Positions 21,961 through 32,542 of a stretch of DNA of 64,000 nucleotides are shown here, one piece after another. Numbering within the stretch: the stretch's first letter is position 1; every line of letters begins with the position of its first letter. A program made the translations under genes and the position numbers. This DNA comes from Trueperaceae bacterium. Its GTDB lineage: Bacteria > Deinococcota > Deinococci > Deinococcales > Trueperaceae. The notes beneath the pieces are model-generated. The model was not told the DNA's origin. It was given only the letters and a program-made list of their open reading frames with translations, and searched no databases. The DNA is taken from NCBI GenBank assembly GCA_034521815.1, contig JAXHLW010000013.1, positions 192,001 through 256,000 on the forward strand. The letters are read 5' to 3'.

Positions 21961-22763
21961 GGGCGTGTTCACACTAGCGGAGCTGGTCGGCGATGAAGGC
22001 GATGGTGACGAAGGCCGCGAACATGATGTCGGTCTTGTCGTAGCGCGTGAACACGCGTCGGAAGCGTTTGATGCGGCCGAAGAGTCGCTCGATCTCGTTG
22101 CGGCGCTTGTAGAGCTCGGTGTCGTACTCCCACGGATCCACGCGCGTCTGCAGCGGCGGGACGACCGGATCGAAGCCGAGCGACTGCGCCAGCAGGCGTG
22201 TCTCGTTGCCTTCGTAGGCACGATCCATGATCAGCGGGACTTGAAGGTTGTCGATGCCGAGGCTCTTCAAGAGCTCCCGTCCTGGCGGTGCGTCGTGAGC
22301 CTGGCCGGGCGTCAGGCTGACAGCCGAGGACGTGCTTGATACTCGCGGCAGCCAGATGAATCTTGGTGTCGAGACCGCCCTGGCTCCTGCCGATGGCTTG
22401 CGGCCCCCCTTTTCAGGGCGCCCGTTCCGTGCGGGTGCACCTTCACGCTCGTCGAGTCCATGTGGACCACCTCGATCTTGACGCGCAAGACGTTCAACAC
22501 CTGGAGCTCCTCGAATACCCGGTCGAGCACTCCAGCCTGCGCCCACCTGCTCATGCGCGTGTAGACGGTGTGCCACCTGCCGTACTTCGCCGGCAAGCCC
22601 CGCCACGTGCACCCGTTGACCGCGACATAGAGAATCGCGTTCAGAACAGTGAGGTTGTCGATGCTCACGTTTCCTCGTTGGACAGGCAATAAATGCTCAA
22701 TCAACTCGAACTGCTCACGCGTTAACTGCATAGCACACTACCACGCATAGTGTGAACACGCCC
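21961..22763 (-). mobile_element. IS5-family (IS427-like) insertion sequence with two-ORF transposase (21974-22731)
   Basis: 16-bp perfect [18 protein letters not shown] with TA on both flanks; GCTWRGLP, MDST, MDRAYEG, YKRRNEIERLFGRIKRFRR; slippery AAAAAGGGGGG near 22410. Confidence 0.93.
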
Positions 22764-23560
22764 TAATCCTGGCAGGATTTCTCGCTTGCCTCGCAGGAGT
22801 TGGTGACCTACTTCGATCGAGTGAACTGCATGGATTGCGACTCATCTCGGGTAATCGGGGTGGAGCACAGCGCGGCCAAGCTATAGCTGTACGAGCAAGC
22901 CGGTCCAGCCGTTGGACAGACTCGTTGAGCCTCTGCGCAGCGAGCGCCTGGGCCTCTGCGAATCCATTGAGCAGCGCCGGGCATGGGCGCACCACATTTC
23001 GGTGCCTCGACATGGTCGACACTCGACAAGCGCTGCATTGTGCCGGCCGTGGAGATACGGTGTCGAAGCCTGGCTGTCGACACCACTCGACGCCGAGCAT
23101 GTCGACGGACGCAACCGGCACAACGCGCGCACACGGGCGCAGGGGCATCGTCCTGGCGCAACGCCTCGCCGCCGACAGATTCGACACCCTGCGGCCTGTG
23201 GCGTTCCCCGGAGGGCGTCGTACGATCGCTAGCCGGGGGAGGGGGCGCTTCGCCCGAAGATGCATACACCGAAGCGGGGGCGAGCTCGTGCCAATGTGCC
23301 GGCAGTTTCTGGAAGCGGCGCGACCGCGCAAGCGTCAACATTTGTCAACATCTCGCGTCAATCCGACACACTGGCGTTTCAGGTTTTTCAGTATCTTGCC
23401 GTCGATCCAAAGGCGGTGGGCGTCAGGTAGGCACGCGCCTAGCAGGAGCGCGCGACGCCTGCCGGGTCGGCACGGTTTCAGGTATTGCCATGCGGCACGT
23501 GCGGCTGTCTGCCCAGCTTCACGCGGTAGGCTGCCGAGAGCAAGGCGAGGGAGCAGGTTC

Positions 23561-23895
23561 ATGGAATACGTCATGCGATACACACTGGAGCCCGCGAAGA
23601 CGGAGGATTTCCAGAGCTTGGCTCGCGGCCAACGAACAGAGACTGCGCGACGAGTCGCACCGAGACGTGGACGTACCTCGGGACGTTCTTCGTCGGTTCA
23701 CGGGACGGCGGGTTACGACTGCGAGACCCGCTGGAGGCTCGACAGCTACTCTGCCTTGGAGCCCACCGGGGAGGCTCGGCGTGGCCGAAGTTGATTCAAG
23801 AACACGGGTCCTTCGTCAGCGACCTGCCTCCCAGCCGCACGGTGCTGATGAAGGAGGCCTCCGGCGTAACGATCATCGAGAGCGAGGAGTCGTAG
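23561..23895 (+). pseudogene. Hypothetical protein, frameshifted
   Basis: MEYVMRYTLEPAKTEDFQ / LAANEQRLR / WTYLGTFF / YDCETRWRLDSYSALE, preceded by a GGAG RBS. Confidence 0.4.
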
Positions 23896-24243
23896 GACGA
23901 AGGTCCGATGCGGTGTCGTCCGTCGCCGCTGGTGGTGAACGCGAGCGATCGGCGGTGAGCCCGAGTTCGCGGAGAGGCACGGCATCGACGATCGCCATGC
24001 CGTCGGCACGTGCGACACGGGCGTTGCTGGTGTTGCGGTCCTGGGTTTCTGGCTTGGGTTTCCGGTCTATCCTGGGCGCGTGGCGACGCCCCGGTATTCG
24101 GTGGTCGGCCCGTCCGACGACCGAGCGCCCCGGCTGCGACACCGGGGCGCCCTTTATACGCCAGCCAGGCTCGCTCGTCACCGTTACGTGAGGTGCAACG
24201 TGTGGCCGGGCGCGAGGTACGGCGCGACCAGCTTGCGCGCCTC

Positions 24244-24307
24244 GGCGGCCTTCCGGTCGCTCCGATCGACTCCGGTAGCGCCCGGGCTTCGACCCGGGGC
24301 GCTCTTG
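24244..24307 (+). repeat. Structured two-hairpin element, copy A
   Basis: Near-identical to 31194-31262; first 24 bp identical. Confidence 0.8.
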
Positions 24308-24519
24308 CTTTTCTTCTTGCGTGGACATCTTCGGGCGCCACGGTTGGCGTTTTGGTCTTGTTTCGCGAGGCGGCAATGGGCCGTCCGCCATGCATGTGTC
24401 TACTCGTCGCGACTCGGCGGTCCACCGGTACGGCGGGTGCCCTTCCTCTTCGCGTCGCACCCGCTCGCTCGTCGACTCGGCGGGCTTCTGAACGCGCTCT
24501 ACCGCGCAGGAACCGCGCG

Positions 24520-26197
24520 TACCTGCCTGCATGATGCGTGACGCGTGGGGTGTCGCAGGTCGCGCCGTACCCTCTCCCGGCCGGCTTTGAAGGTGGTAGA
24601 ATCGCTGTACTAGACGGTGTTCCTGCCTTCTTCTCGATACCTGCGTTGGGGGTTGTGGTGAAGCGTTTCCTGCCGTTCGATCCGGATCAACCGCTGTTGC
24701 TACCCCCGACCTCAGGGAGGCCTTACCCGATGGCCATCCGGCCTTGCTGATTGGGGATGTCGTCGATCAGTTGGACTTGAGGGAGATTCACGATCGTCTC
24801 GAGGATGGACAGTGGGGTGGCAAGCCCGGTTTCGATCCTCGCGTGATGGTGCGGATTTGGGTGTACGCGTACGCGCTCGGGTTGCGCTCGTCGAGGAAGG
24901 TTGCGCAGGCCCTGGTGGAGAACGTCGCGTTCCGGGTGGTGGCGCACAACCAGACGCCGGGGCATTGGGCTCTCAACCACTTCCGGACGCGGCACCGCGT
25001 AGCGCTCGGGAACCTCCTTGCGCAGACGGTGCAGGTCGCTGCAGGCATGGGGTTGGTGAAGCTCGTGAACGTCGCGATCGACGGCACGAAAGTCAAGGCG
25101 AACGCAAGCAAGCACAAGGCCATGAGTTACGGCCGCATGGACGCGAGCGAGGCGCGCTTGCGGGCCGAGATCGAGCGCTACTTCGAAGCGTGCGACGTGC
25201 AGGACGAACGCGACGATGAGACGTTCGGACCGGACGGTGACGGCATGAGCCTGCCCGAGGACTTGCGGAGTAGCCAGGCGCGCCGCGCCAAGATCGCGGC
25301 CGCCAAGCGCGAGTTGGAGCAGCGCGCGAAGGACCGTAAGGCCCGCAGCCAGGAGAAACGCCGGGACGCCGCGGAGCGGGAAGGCCGCGATTACCACCCC
25401 GGGATGATGCGGACGACGCGGTTCCCAAGGACAGCGATCAGATCAACTTCACCGATCCGGAGTCCCGCATCATGACGAGCGACGGCGCGTTCGTTCAGGC
25501 GTACAACGCGCAAGCCGCGGTCGATACCGACGAGTCACATCGTGCTCGCCGCTCAGCTCGGCAATCAGGCTCCGGACAGCGAGTACTTCCCAGCCTGGTG
25601 AACGAAACGATCGAGACGACCGGCAGGATCCCTGCTGCACGTGACTGCGGACGCGGGCTACTACGGTCGCAGCAACATCGAGCATGCCGAACGGCTGGGG
25701 ACTGAACCGCTCATTCCGCCCGACAAGATCCGCCGTAACGAGTGGCGGGCGCAACAGGCGCCCAAGGGCCGCATTCCGAAGGGCCTATCTCGTAAGGACC
25801 GCATGCGGAGGCGCTTGGCGACGAAACAAGGGAAACGGCTGTACCTGCAACGCCAAGCCAGTGTCGAACCGGTGTTCGGAACCACCAAGGCTGCACGTGG
25901 CCTGCAGCAGTTCCTTCACCGCGGGCTTGATAAGAACCGTCACCTGTTCCGTTTCGACATGGCCGTCCATAACCTCTTGAAGATCGTGCGGCACGCCCAA
26001 CGAAGCCTCACGCCGCCACCCCCAACCGCAGGGCCGGAGCGGCAACGACGAGCTTTCAAGCAAGCCTCGCAGGTACCCCATGAACCCAGTCCGGCCCACC
26101 CGAACCCATGCATCTCGAGGCGAAGCTCAGCCAACCCGACACGTCCCGCCGACCGCATGCCCGACCCGCACGACAACGGGTATGCACGCAGGCTCCT
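24520..26197 (+). mobile_element. IS1182-family transposase, frameshifted (element ends approximate)
   Basis: FDPDQPLLLPP, SSRKVAQ, VAIDGTKVKANASKHKAMSY, AYNAQAAVD, TADAGYY, RQASVEPVFG. Confidence 0.9.
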
Positions 26198-26199
26198 AG

Positions 26200-27933
26200 C
26201 CCTAATTATTCGTGAGGGTTGGAAGCGTGAAGGCCTCGAACGTGGTAGAAAGAGTGTGAGGCACGAACTTTCTACACGTTGGAGGCCTTCTGGTGAGAGA
26301 GGATAGCACGCAACAGTCTGTCGTCGTTCGAGGGGTGGTTCAGAAAGCCGCTGGTGGCAAGGTTCGATCAGCCGCTGGGCAGCAGCGATGGTGGGGCGGT
26401 GTTGCTTCGCGGCGTGGATGAGCAGTCTGGGGTTGACGACGTCGATGGCGTCGGTGTTGAGGGACCGGCGAGACCCAGAGCGGGTGCAGCACTCGTTTCG
26501 GGACGTGCTTCGCCAGCGGGTGGTGGGGATCGCGTGCGGGTACGAGGATGGCAACGATGCGAGCCGCTTGCGGCGCGACCCGATCCAGAAACTGGTGTTG
26601 GACCGAGACCCCGAGCGCGGGTTGGACCTGGCGTCGCAACCGACCCTGTCGCGCTTCGAGACTGGCGTGACGCGCCGTGAGGTGTTCGCCATGGGGGTCG
26701 CGCTGGCCGAGCGTGTGATCGAGCGGCACCGGCCCCGCCTGCAGCGGCCGCGCGAAGCGCATCACGGTCGACGTGGACGGCACCGACGACCCCACGCACG
26801 GCGCGCAGCAGGGCGCGCTGTTCAACGGGTTTTACGGCGGGCAGCTGCTACTTGCCGTTGGTTGCCTCCATCGCAGTTCGGGCAGGAGCGTGATCAGTAC
26901 GTCCTCGACCAGCCTGCTGCGGAACGGCAACGCCCACGCCCGCGCTGGGCGCGATCCCGTTGTTGCGCCGCATCCTGGCGCGCCTGCGCGCGGCGTTCCC
27001 GAAGGCGCGCCTGCGGGTGCGGTTGGACGGCGGGTTCGCCACGCCCAAGCGTGTTCGACCTCCTCGAAACGGAGGGTGTGGAGTTCGTGGTCGCGACGGC
27101 CAAGAACGCGGTCCTGGAACGCCTCGTGGAACCCCTCATGCGTGAAGCCCGCGAGGCGAGCGAGGCGAGTGGGCAGAGTGAACGCCGGTACGGGCACGCC
27201 CTGTACCGGGCGCGCAGTTGGCCGCACGCGCGACGGGTCGTATTCAAGGCCGAAGTGACCCGGCATCCCGGCCGGAAGGCGCGGGACAACCCCCGCTTCG
27301 TCATCACCAACACCCGTGCCGATCCGGAGGTCGTCTACCGCCGCATCTACGCCAAGCGCGGCGACATGGAGAACCGCTTGAAGGAACTCCAGGACCACCT
27401 GGCCGCAGACCGGCTCAGCTGCACGCGTTTCCTCGCCAACCAAGCCCGCCTGCTGCTGCACACCGCCGCGTACGCGCTGTACCAGGAACTCAGGCTGCAC
27501 GCGACCGGCACGAGTTTCGCCCGCGCGTACGCGGGCACCCTGCGCGAGCGCCTCATCAAGATCGGCGCGTGGATCAAGACCTCCACCCGCCGCATCACGC
27601 TGCACCTCCCCCAAGACGCCCCCTGGCAGCACGAATGGCGGCACGTCGCCAGGGCCCTGCAAGCCACCACCAGCGCCTGAACGACCCCCGACCCCGACAA
27701 CGAAGCTCGCCCACACGATCGACGCCAATCCCTGGCGCCGAGCCGACCCCCTACACCCCAACGCGGCCCTTCAGGCCCCGCGAACCCCGTTCACGACGTC
27801 TCGAACCGCCCTCAAGGCCACCGACGAGGCGCCGACGCGGCGAACCGACGGGCGCCGACCCCGGAGCCACCAGCGCCGCTGGACCCGACCCGAAAGCCCA
27901 CCCAGCCGCGCCTCTGCATGAAGAATGCGCGCT
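26200..27933 (+). mobile_element. IS1380-family transposase, frameshifted (CDS ~26293-27680)
   Basis: SSDGGAVLL, GYEDGNDA..LRRDP, LASQPTLSRFE, DGTDDPTHGAQQ, RLDGGF, YAKRGDMENRLKE, RFLANQARL. Confidence 0.92.
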
Positions 27934-27939
27934 GAGCGT

Positions 27940-29402
27940 CAACGCCGTTCACTTAAGGATGGCGACGGCTTGGTCGGGCATCTTGGTCGGTTGCGGCCAG
28001 CCTTCGTGCTTGGCGCGTTTGGGTGGGTAGTACGTGACGGCGCGCTTGACGACGCGGGGGCAGGAGCGGAGTCGTGCGGGATTCGGTTCGGAAAGGATTT
28101 CGTGGATCGCTTCATGGATCAGCGTGGTTCGGGTCGTGGGGGGAAACACTCTCGGGTCTGGAGAGTTTGCGTCGCATGGCGCGCAGGCCGCCCGTGAAGG
28201 AGAGCCGGCCTGTGTCGACGTTGCCGCCGAGCGCGGCCTGGTGCAGCAGCCAGCGGATGGCGTAATGCACGCACGCGAAGCCGTAGAGCTCCTGGATCAC
28301 GCCGCCTGGCGTGCGGCTGCGCAGGACGAGATGGGTTCCCCCCTGGCTGGCCTTGACCTCCTTGATGCTGATCTCGATGTCCCAACGTTTCGCGTAGAGC
28401 GCCGCGAGCTCCTCGGCCGGCGCGTCCTTGGGGTCAAGGATCGTGGTCGCCAAGCGGTACGCTTGCGCCGCCTGCGGCCTGCCGGGATCGTCGAGGGCGT
28501 ACTCGAGGATCCGGATCGGCACGCCCGGCAGGCCCTTGCGACGATCGTTCGGGCTTTTGAACACCTGACTCAGGAACGACCCGTCCGGCAGCCTCTCCTC
28601 GACCGGGAACACCGCATTGCGCTTCAGGCGCCACAGCAACTCCGCGCCGGTAGCGTGCGCCTCCTGCCAGGCGTGAAACCCGAAGTACGCCCGGTCGCAC
28701 AGGCACAACATGCCCGGCTGCAAGCGCGAAAGCAACGGCTTCGCAAGCGTCAACTCGCTGTCCGTGTACGCTCCCGCGGAGAGGCCCACGATGGCGCGCG
28801 TGCCGACCTCGCCAAGCGCGACCCAACGCACCCGCGGGTACGCGCTCCGCTTCCCCCGCGACACGCCCGGACGACCGAACCCGCTCGGCGTTCTTCGGCG
28901 TGTCCGGCACCTCCAGCGTGCTGCCATCGATGCTCATCAACCGCCACGAGCGGTACCACGCGCCCTGCGTCTCCGCGCTCCGCCATCGGTACGGCGGTCT
29001 CCTCGAACAAGCGCTGCAGCGGTTCCGACCCCACCCGCGCCCGCGCCTTCGAGAACGCCGACTTCTGCGGAATCACCAGCGGCACCGACGGATCGAACGA
29101 CCGCAACCCCTCCACCAACAACCGGAACAACTCCCGATACCCCGCCGACGCGAACAACGCCATCGCCAGCACGTAATACACCACCAACTTCGACGGCAAA
29201 AGCCGCGAACGCTGCTCGATCCGCCCCGCCTCCCGCAACACCCGATCCACCAGCACCGGCGGAAAGAACGCCGCCAAAAACCCGAACCCCACCAAGTCCG
29301 GAACCCCGAACTCACGCTCCACCTTCTTCGGACGACCGGACTTCGCCACACCTCAAACTACCAACCCAACCCCACCCCGTCAAACCAAAGTGAACGGCAT
29401 TG
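27940..29402 (-). mobile_element. IS4-family insertion sequence, frameshifted transposase (27949-29349)
   Basis: IR CAA(C/T)GCCGTTCACTT at both ends; SAFSKARARVG, IDGSTLEVPDT, CDRAYFG, YAKRWDIE, QELYG; similar flanks GCGCTGAGCGT / GCGCTAGGCTT. Confidence 0.92.
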
Positions 29403-30099
29403 GCGCTAGGCTTGAAGGCCTGTGGTGCGTGGTCGCACGTTGAATCCATTCACTGCTGAACCGGAGGCTTGCGTCTTTGGGCGTTGCTGAATTCGTTGTG
29501 GCAATCGGACCGCCAGTCTCGGGGTAGTACGTTGCGACAAGCAGGATTCGCCCGATTGAGCGCGATCCATCATTGTCTCCGAACGTATTTGCGTTGAGGT
29601 AGTACGTGTACGACCCGGCAGCGTCGACCTCATCAATGAGCATCGCTGATCCGCCGTCCGAATACTGGCCCGAGATGAAGCCGGACTCAACGTCCAGGCG
29701 GTCCGAGTTTCTGAAGTTCGCTTCTGCTGATGTATCCGCTACGTACATCCTGATGGTGCTGTCTCCGGTTCCTGTTATGTGGATTGAAATCATATGGGCG
29801 GTCCCGTGAACTTGCACCACGCCGGCGGCGGGAACATCGATCGTGACACTTAGAAACTCGCTCGTCGTCGCGAAAGTACCGAGGAATACTCCGGAGTACG
29901 CGGTTGCGATTAATGGCTGGGCCTTCACTTCAAGGGCTGACACGGCGCTTTCCAGCGCGCTGAAATTGTCGTTGACTTCGCTTGCGATGATGTCGTCGCC
30001 GGCCGTGAATAGGTTGGGGATCGTTACGGCTGCGGCGAACATGCCGAGCGCAAGGAGTGCGGCAAGAAAGAACAGTGGACGGTAGGGGAACTGCTTCAA
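29380..30099 (-). CDS. Secreted fibre-like or surface protein (3' end runs into IS4)
   Basis: GGAGGTGA RBS, signal peptide, FTAGDDIIASEVNDNFSALE short coiled coil, then a beta-rich domain. Confidence 0.7.
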   Translation of the reverse strand: MKQFPYRPLFFLAALLALGMFAAAVTIPNLFTAGDDIIASEVNDNFSALESAVSALEVKAQPLIATAYSGVFLGTFATTSEFLSVTIDVPAAGVVQVHGTAHMISIHITGTGDSTIRMYVADTSAEANFRNSDRLDVESGFISGQYSDGGSAMLIDEVDAAGSYTYYLNANTFGDNDGSRSIGRILLVATYYPETGGPIATTNSATPKDASLRFSSEWIQRATTHHRPSSLAPMPFTLV

Positions 30100-30123
30100 G
30101 GGGTCACCTCCAAGAGAGTGCGA

Positions 30124-30288
30124 CTATTGCCAGGTGGCGTTGTTCCAGGTGCTCTCGTTCCAAACGCCAGGGCGGCCACCCTCGCCACCGGCCACGGGCG
30201 CGCTAGGCCCACCACAAGCAGCGAGAAGAAGAACAAACGCGAGGAGGAGGCCGAGGAATCTTCGGGAAGGGCGAGTTTTGGGTTCCAT
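30124..30288 (-). CDS. Small lipoprotein with C-terminal Trp repeat
   Basis: Lipobox LAAC, Gly/Pro linker, ends GVWNESTWNNATWQ. Confidence 0.7.
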   Translation of the reverse strand: MEPKTRPSRRFLGLLLAFVLLLAACGGPSAPVAGGEGGRPGVWNESTWNNATWQ

Positions 30289-30615
30289 AGTCCGGTATAC
30301 CCCGGGGCTTCTGCCGATTCGAGCGAAGGTACACATGTAGCTCCCCTTTGAAGATGTAGGCGATCGGGCGCAACACTTGGCTATTCGCTCACGTTTTTCG
30401 AGTGGCCAATGACGTGCTCGATCAGGATGTCGGGGGAATCCAACCCGGGGGTGGTGGCTTAGAACCACTCGCCAAGCCGTCGAGCACCGGGGGAGCCCGG
30501 GACGCGGCTACCCCCAATCTCGGGGATTTGGAAGTGCAATGCGATGAAGTCAACATGTCACGAGACGCCGATCGATTTCAGGCCAGTAGTACCAAGGGCT
30601 CGATTAGACTCGGGC

Positions 30616-31113
30616 ATGATGCGGTCTGCTTCTCGATTCCTTGTTCTTCTCGTGGGCCTTGCATTGACGACAGCCTGCGCACCCTCCACGGCGAGTTCTT
30701 CAACTGGTCAGAGCAAGACACAGGACGCCTCGAACTCGGGTGGATCTTCTTCTACGCGTACCGCGTCCGGTAACAGCGTGAGCGACTTGCCAGCACTGCT
30801 TAGGTACGACGTGTCCAATGTGGAACTCCGTCTTACCCCCGAAAGTCCCGCGGTACTCGCGATCGGAGAGCGCGTCCAAGTGGAGGTTATTTGGGAGTCG
30901 AATATCGCAGAGCCGTACCAAGTCTGTCCGATCGTGACTACCTATTGGGCTGGGTGCGCGTCTTCTACTAGGCCGAACGGGCGGATGACCACTACGTTCT
31001 GGGCGGACGAGAAGCATTCCATTTCGCAGATCTTGCTCGAATTTAAAGAGACGTCGTTCCCGCGAGGGAATTTCTTTCAGGACAGCATTCCAGTCAACTA
31101 TCGCTGGGAGTAG
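30616..31113 (+). CDS. Putative lipoprotein
   Basis: FLVLLVGLALTTAC lipobox-like signal, Ser/Thr linker, beta-rich domain with two Cys. Confidence 0.65.
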   Translation: MMRSASRFLVLLVGLALTTACAPSTASSSTGQSKTQDASNSGGSSSTRTASGNSVSDLPALLRYDVSNVELRLTPESPAVLAIGERVQVEVIWESNIAEPYQVCPIVTTYWAGCASSTRPNGRMTTTFWADEKHSISQILLEFKETSFPRGNFFQDSIPVNYRWE

Positions 31114-31193
31114 GAGTCTCCGTAGGCATTTGCCAAGGCGTAGTGCACTTCCCGCGGATAGGACAGGATAGGACGCCATAGGATAGGAGACGT

Positions 31194-31262
31194 GGCGGCC
31201 TTCCGGTCGCTCCGATCACTCCCGGTAGCGCCTCGGGCTTCGACCCCCGGGGCGCTCTCTTG
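31194..31262 (+). ncRNA. Candidate small structured RNA (copy B of the two-hairpin element)
   Basis: TAGGAT -10-like box at 31179-31184; two stems whose G-U pairs form only on the + strand; pyrimidine tail. Confidence 0.35.
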
Positions 31263-31266
31263 TCGA

Positions 31267-31675
31267 TCAGGTGGCGAGGTGTAACGCAGGGAGCACGTCG
31301 ACGATCTCTCCCCGACGTTTCTCGCGTCTCGATCTTGTACGGCTCCACGAGGCGCAAGACTGCAGCCGGCAACTCGTCAGCGGGGATGATCTCGCCCCCT
31401 TCGACCATGTCGAGCGTCTGAACCCACAGGAACACGAAGCCTGGTCGAGGGTCTCGAACCCACGCGCGGATTGCGTCGACGCTGTCGCCAGGCCGGCCGA
31501 GCATGCTGGTGAGACCGACAAGCTGGTTATCGGCGTCGCGAACAATCGACCCCATGACGAACGCCGGTGGGTGCGCGGCGGCCTCGAGGGCAGCGTGATC
31601 CAACCCCGGCGATTTGATCCGGCTACGGTGTGGGTATCCAGAAGGAGGTCCCATGAAGGGCAAGTCGCAGTCCAC
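31267..31675 (-). pseudogene. Hypothetical protein next to attR
   Basis: Protein-like stretch VRDADNQLVGLTSMLG...GFVFLWVQ; start and end frame uncertain. Confidence 0.35.
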
Positions 31676-31683
31676 GCATCAGA

Positions 31684-31722
31684 TAACCGATTGGTCGTAG
31701 GTTCGAATCCTACCCGCCGAGC
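31684..31722 (+). repeat. attR (duplicated tRNA-Asn 3' half; the next two bases complete CCA)
   Basis: Identical 39 bp to 13197-13235. Confidence 0.95.
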
Positions 31723-31971
31723 CAAAACCGATTATCCCCGTTGGGGACGGTGTTCGTAGACGCGCGGCGACTCTTTCTGGAGAGCCGCGCTTCTTCGTGT
31801 GCCCGGCGTGTGCGAGCTCCAGCGGCGAGAGCCCTCCGGTTTCGCCCAGCTGCCTTCGATAGGCGCCTCGCCCTTCACCCAGCATGAAGCCGAGCATGGG
31901 CCGCCTTGTGCTTGGAGCGACGGCAGCGTAGCGCCGGGCGCTGCTAGCGTCACGAGGATTGGGGGTGGACG

Positions 31972-32226
31972 ATGCCGATGCGTGGTCGTGAGCGTCGCCG
32001 GCTGGAGCGGGTTCAGGAGAGCCTGGCTGTGGCTGGCAACGGCTGCTATCTCGCTGGGAGCGTCTTGTACCTGGTGGACGCGGCGTCGGTGGCGGCGTGG
32101 TCGTTCGTGGTGGGGAGCGCCCTCGCGCTGTTGGCGGGATTCCTGCCGCGATTGGTGCGGTTGTGGATTCAGCCGCGTGAGAGCGGTGATCACCACGCAG
32201 GCGTTGGGATGCTTCAGCTGGCGTAG
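31972..32226 (+). CDS. Small membrane protein, YrhK-like
   Basis: GNGCYLAGSVLYL...AWSFVVGSALAL, two hydrophobic helices. Confidence 0.5.
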   Translation: MPMRGRERRRLERVQESLAVAGNGCYLAGSVLYLVDAASVAAWSFVVGSALALLAGFLPRLVRLWIQPRESGDHHAGVGMLQLA

Positions 32227-32542
32227 TCCGTGGGTGCGCCATGGCACGACGGCCAGCACCCCCGGGGGCGAGGGCGGGCCGACGGGCGGCCGAGAGATCG
32301 GCGCCTTGCGGTTCGCGGCTCGATGGTCGATGGATTTCGCTCGAAAGAGCCGGTGCGCGTTCCGACATGGGATTCGGCGGAAACCCACGAGGTCGGAACG
32401 TGCACCGGCTCGTCCCGAGCATACGCCATGTCGCGGGCGAGCACCGTTCGGATGTCGGCCTCCCGTTCGCTCGCTCGCACGGTCCCCGACGCGGAGGCCC
32501 TGACCTAGCCCCGTGGGCGGGTCACGCCGGTACGCTGCCCGC

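Larger units (their letters stand above)
13197..31722. mobile_element. tRNA-Asn-integrated genomic island (degenerate phage-satellite or prophage-like element)
   Basis: Bounded by an identical 39-bp direct repeat; integrase near the left end; terminase fragment; many ISs; visibly lower GC in parts. Confidence 0.9.

Noticed and set aside
22765-23500. Several overlapping ORFs
   Set aside because: No recognisable motifs and no consistent coding bias in any frame
13197-31722. Intact prophage or conjugative element
   Set aside because: No capsid, portal, tail, lysis, relaxase or type IV secretion genes recognisable
31684-31724. Second tRNA-Asn gene
   Set aside because: Only the 3' half is present; it is attR
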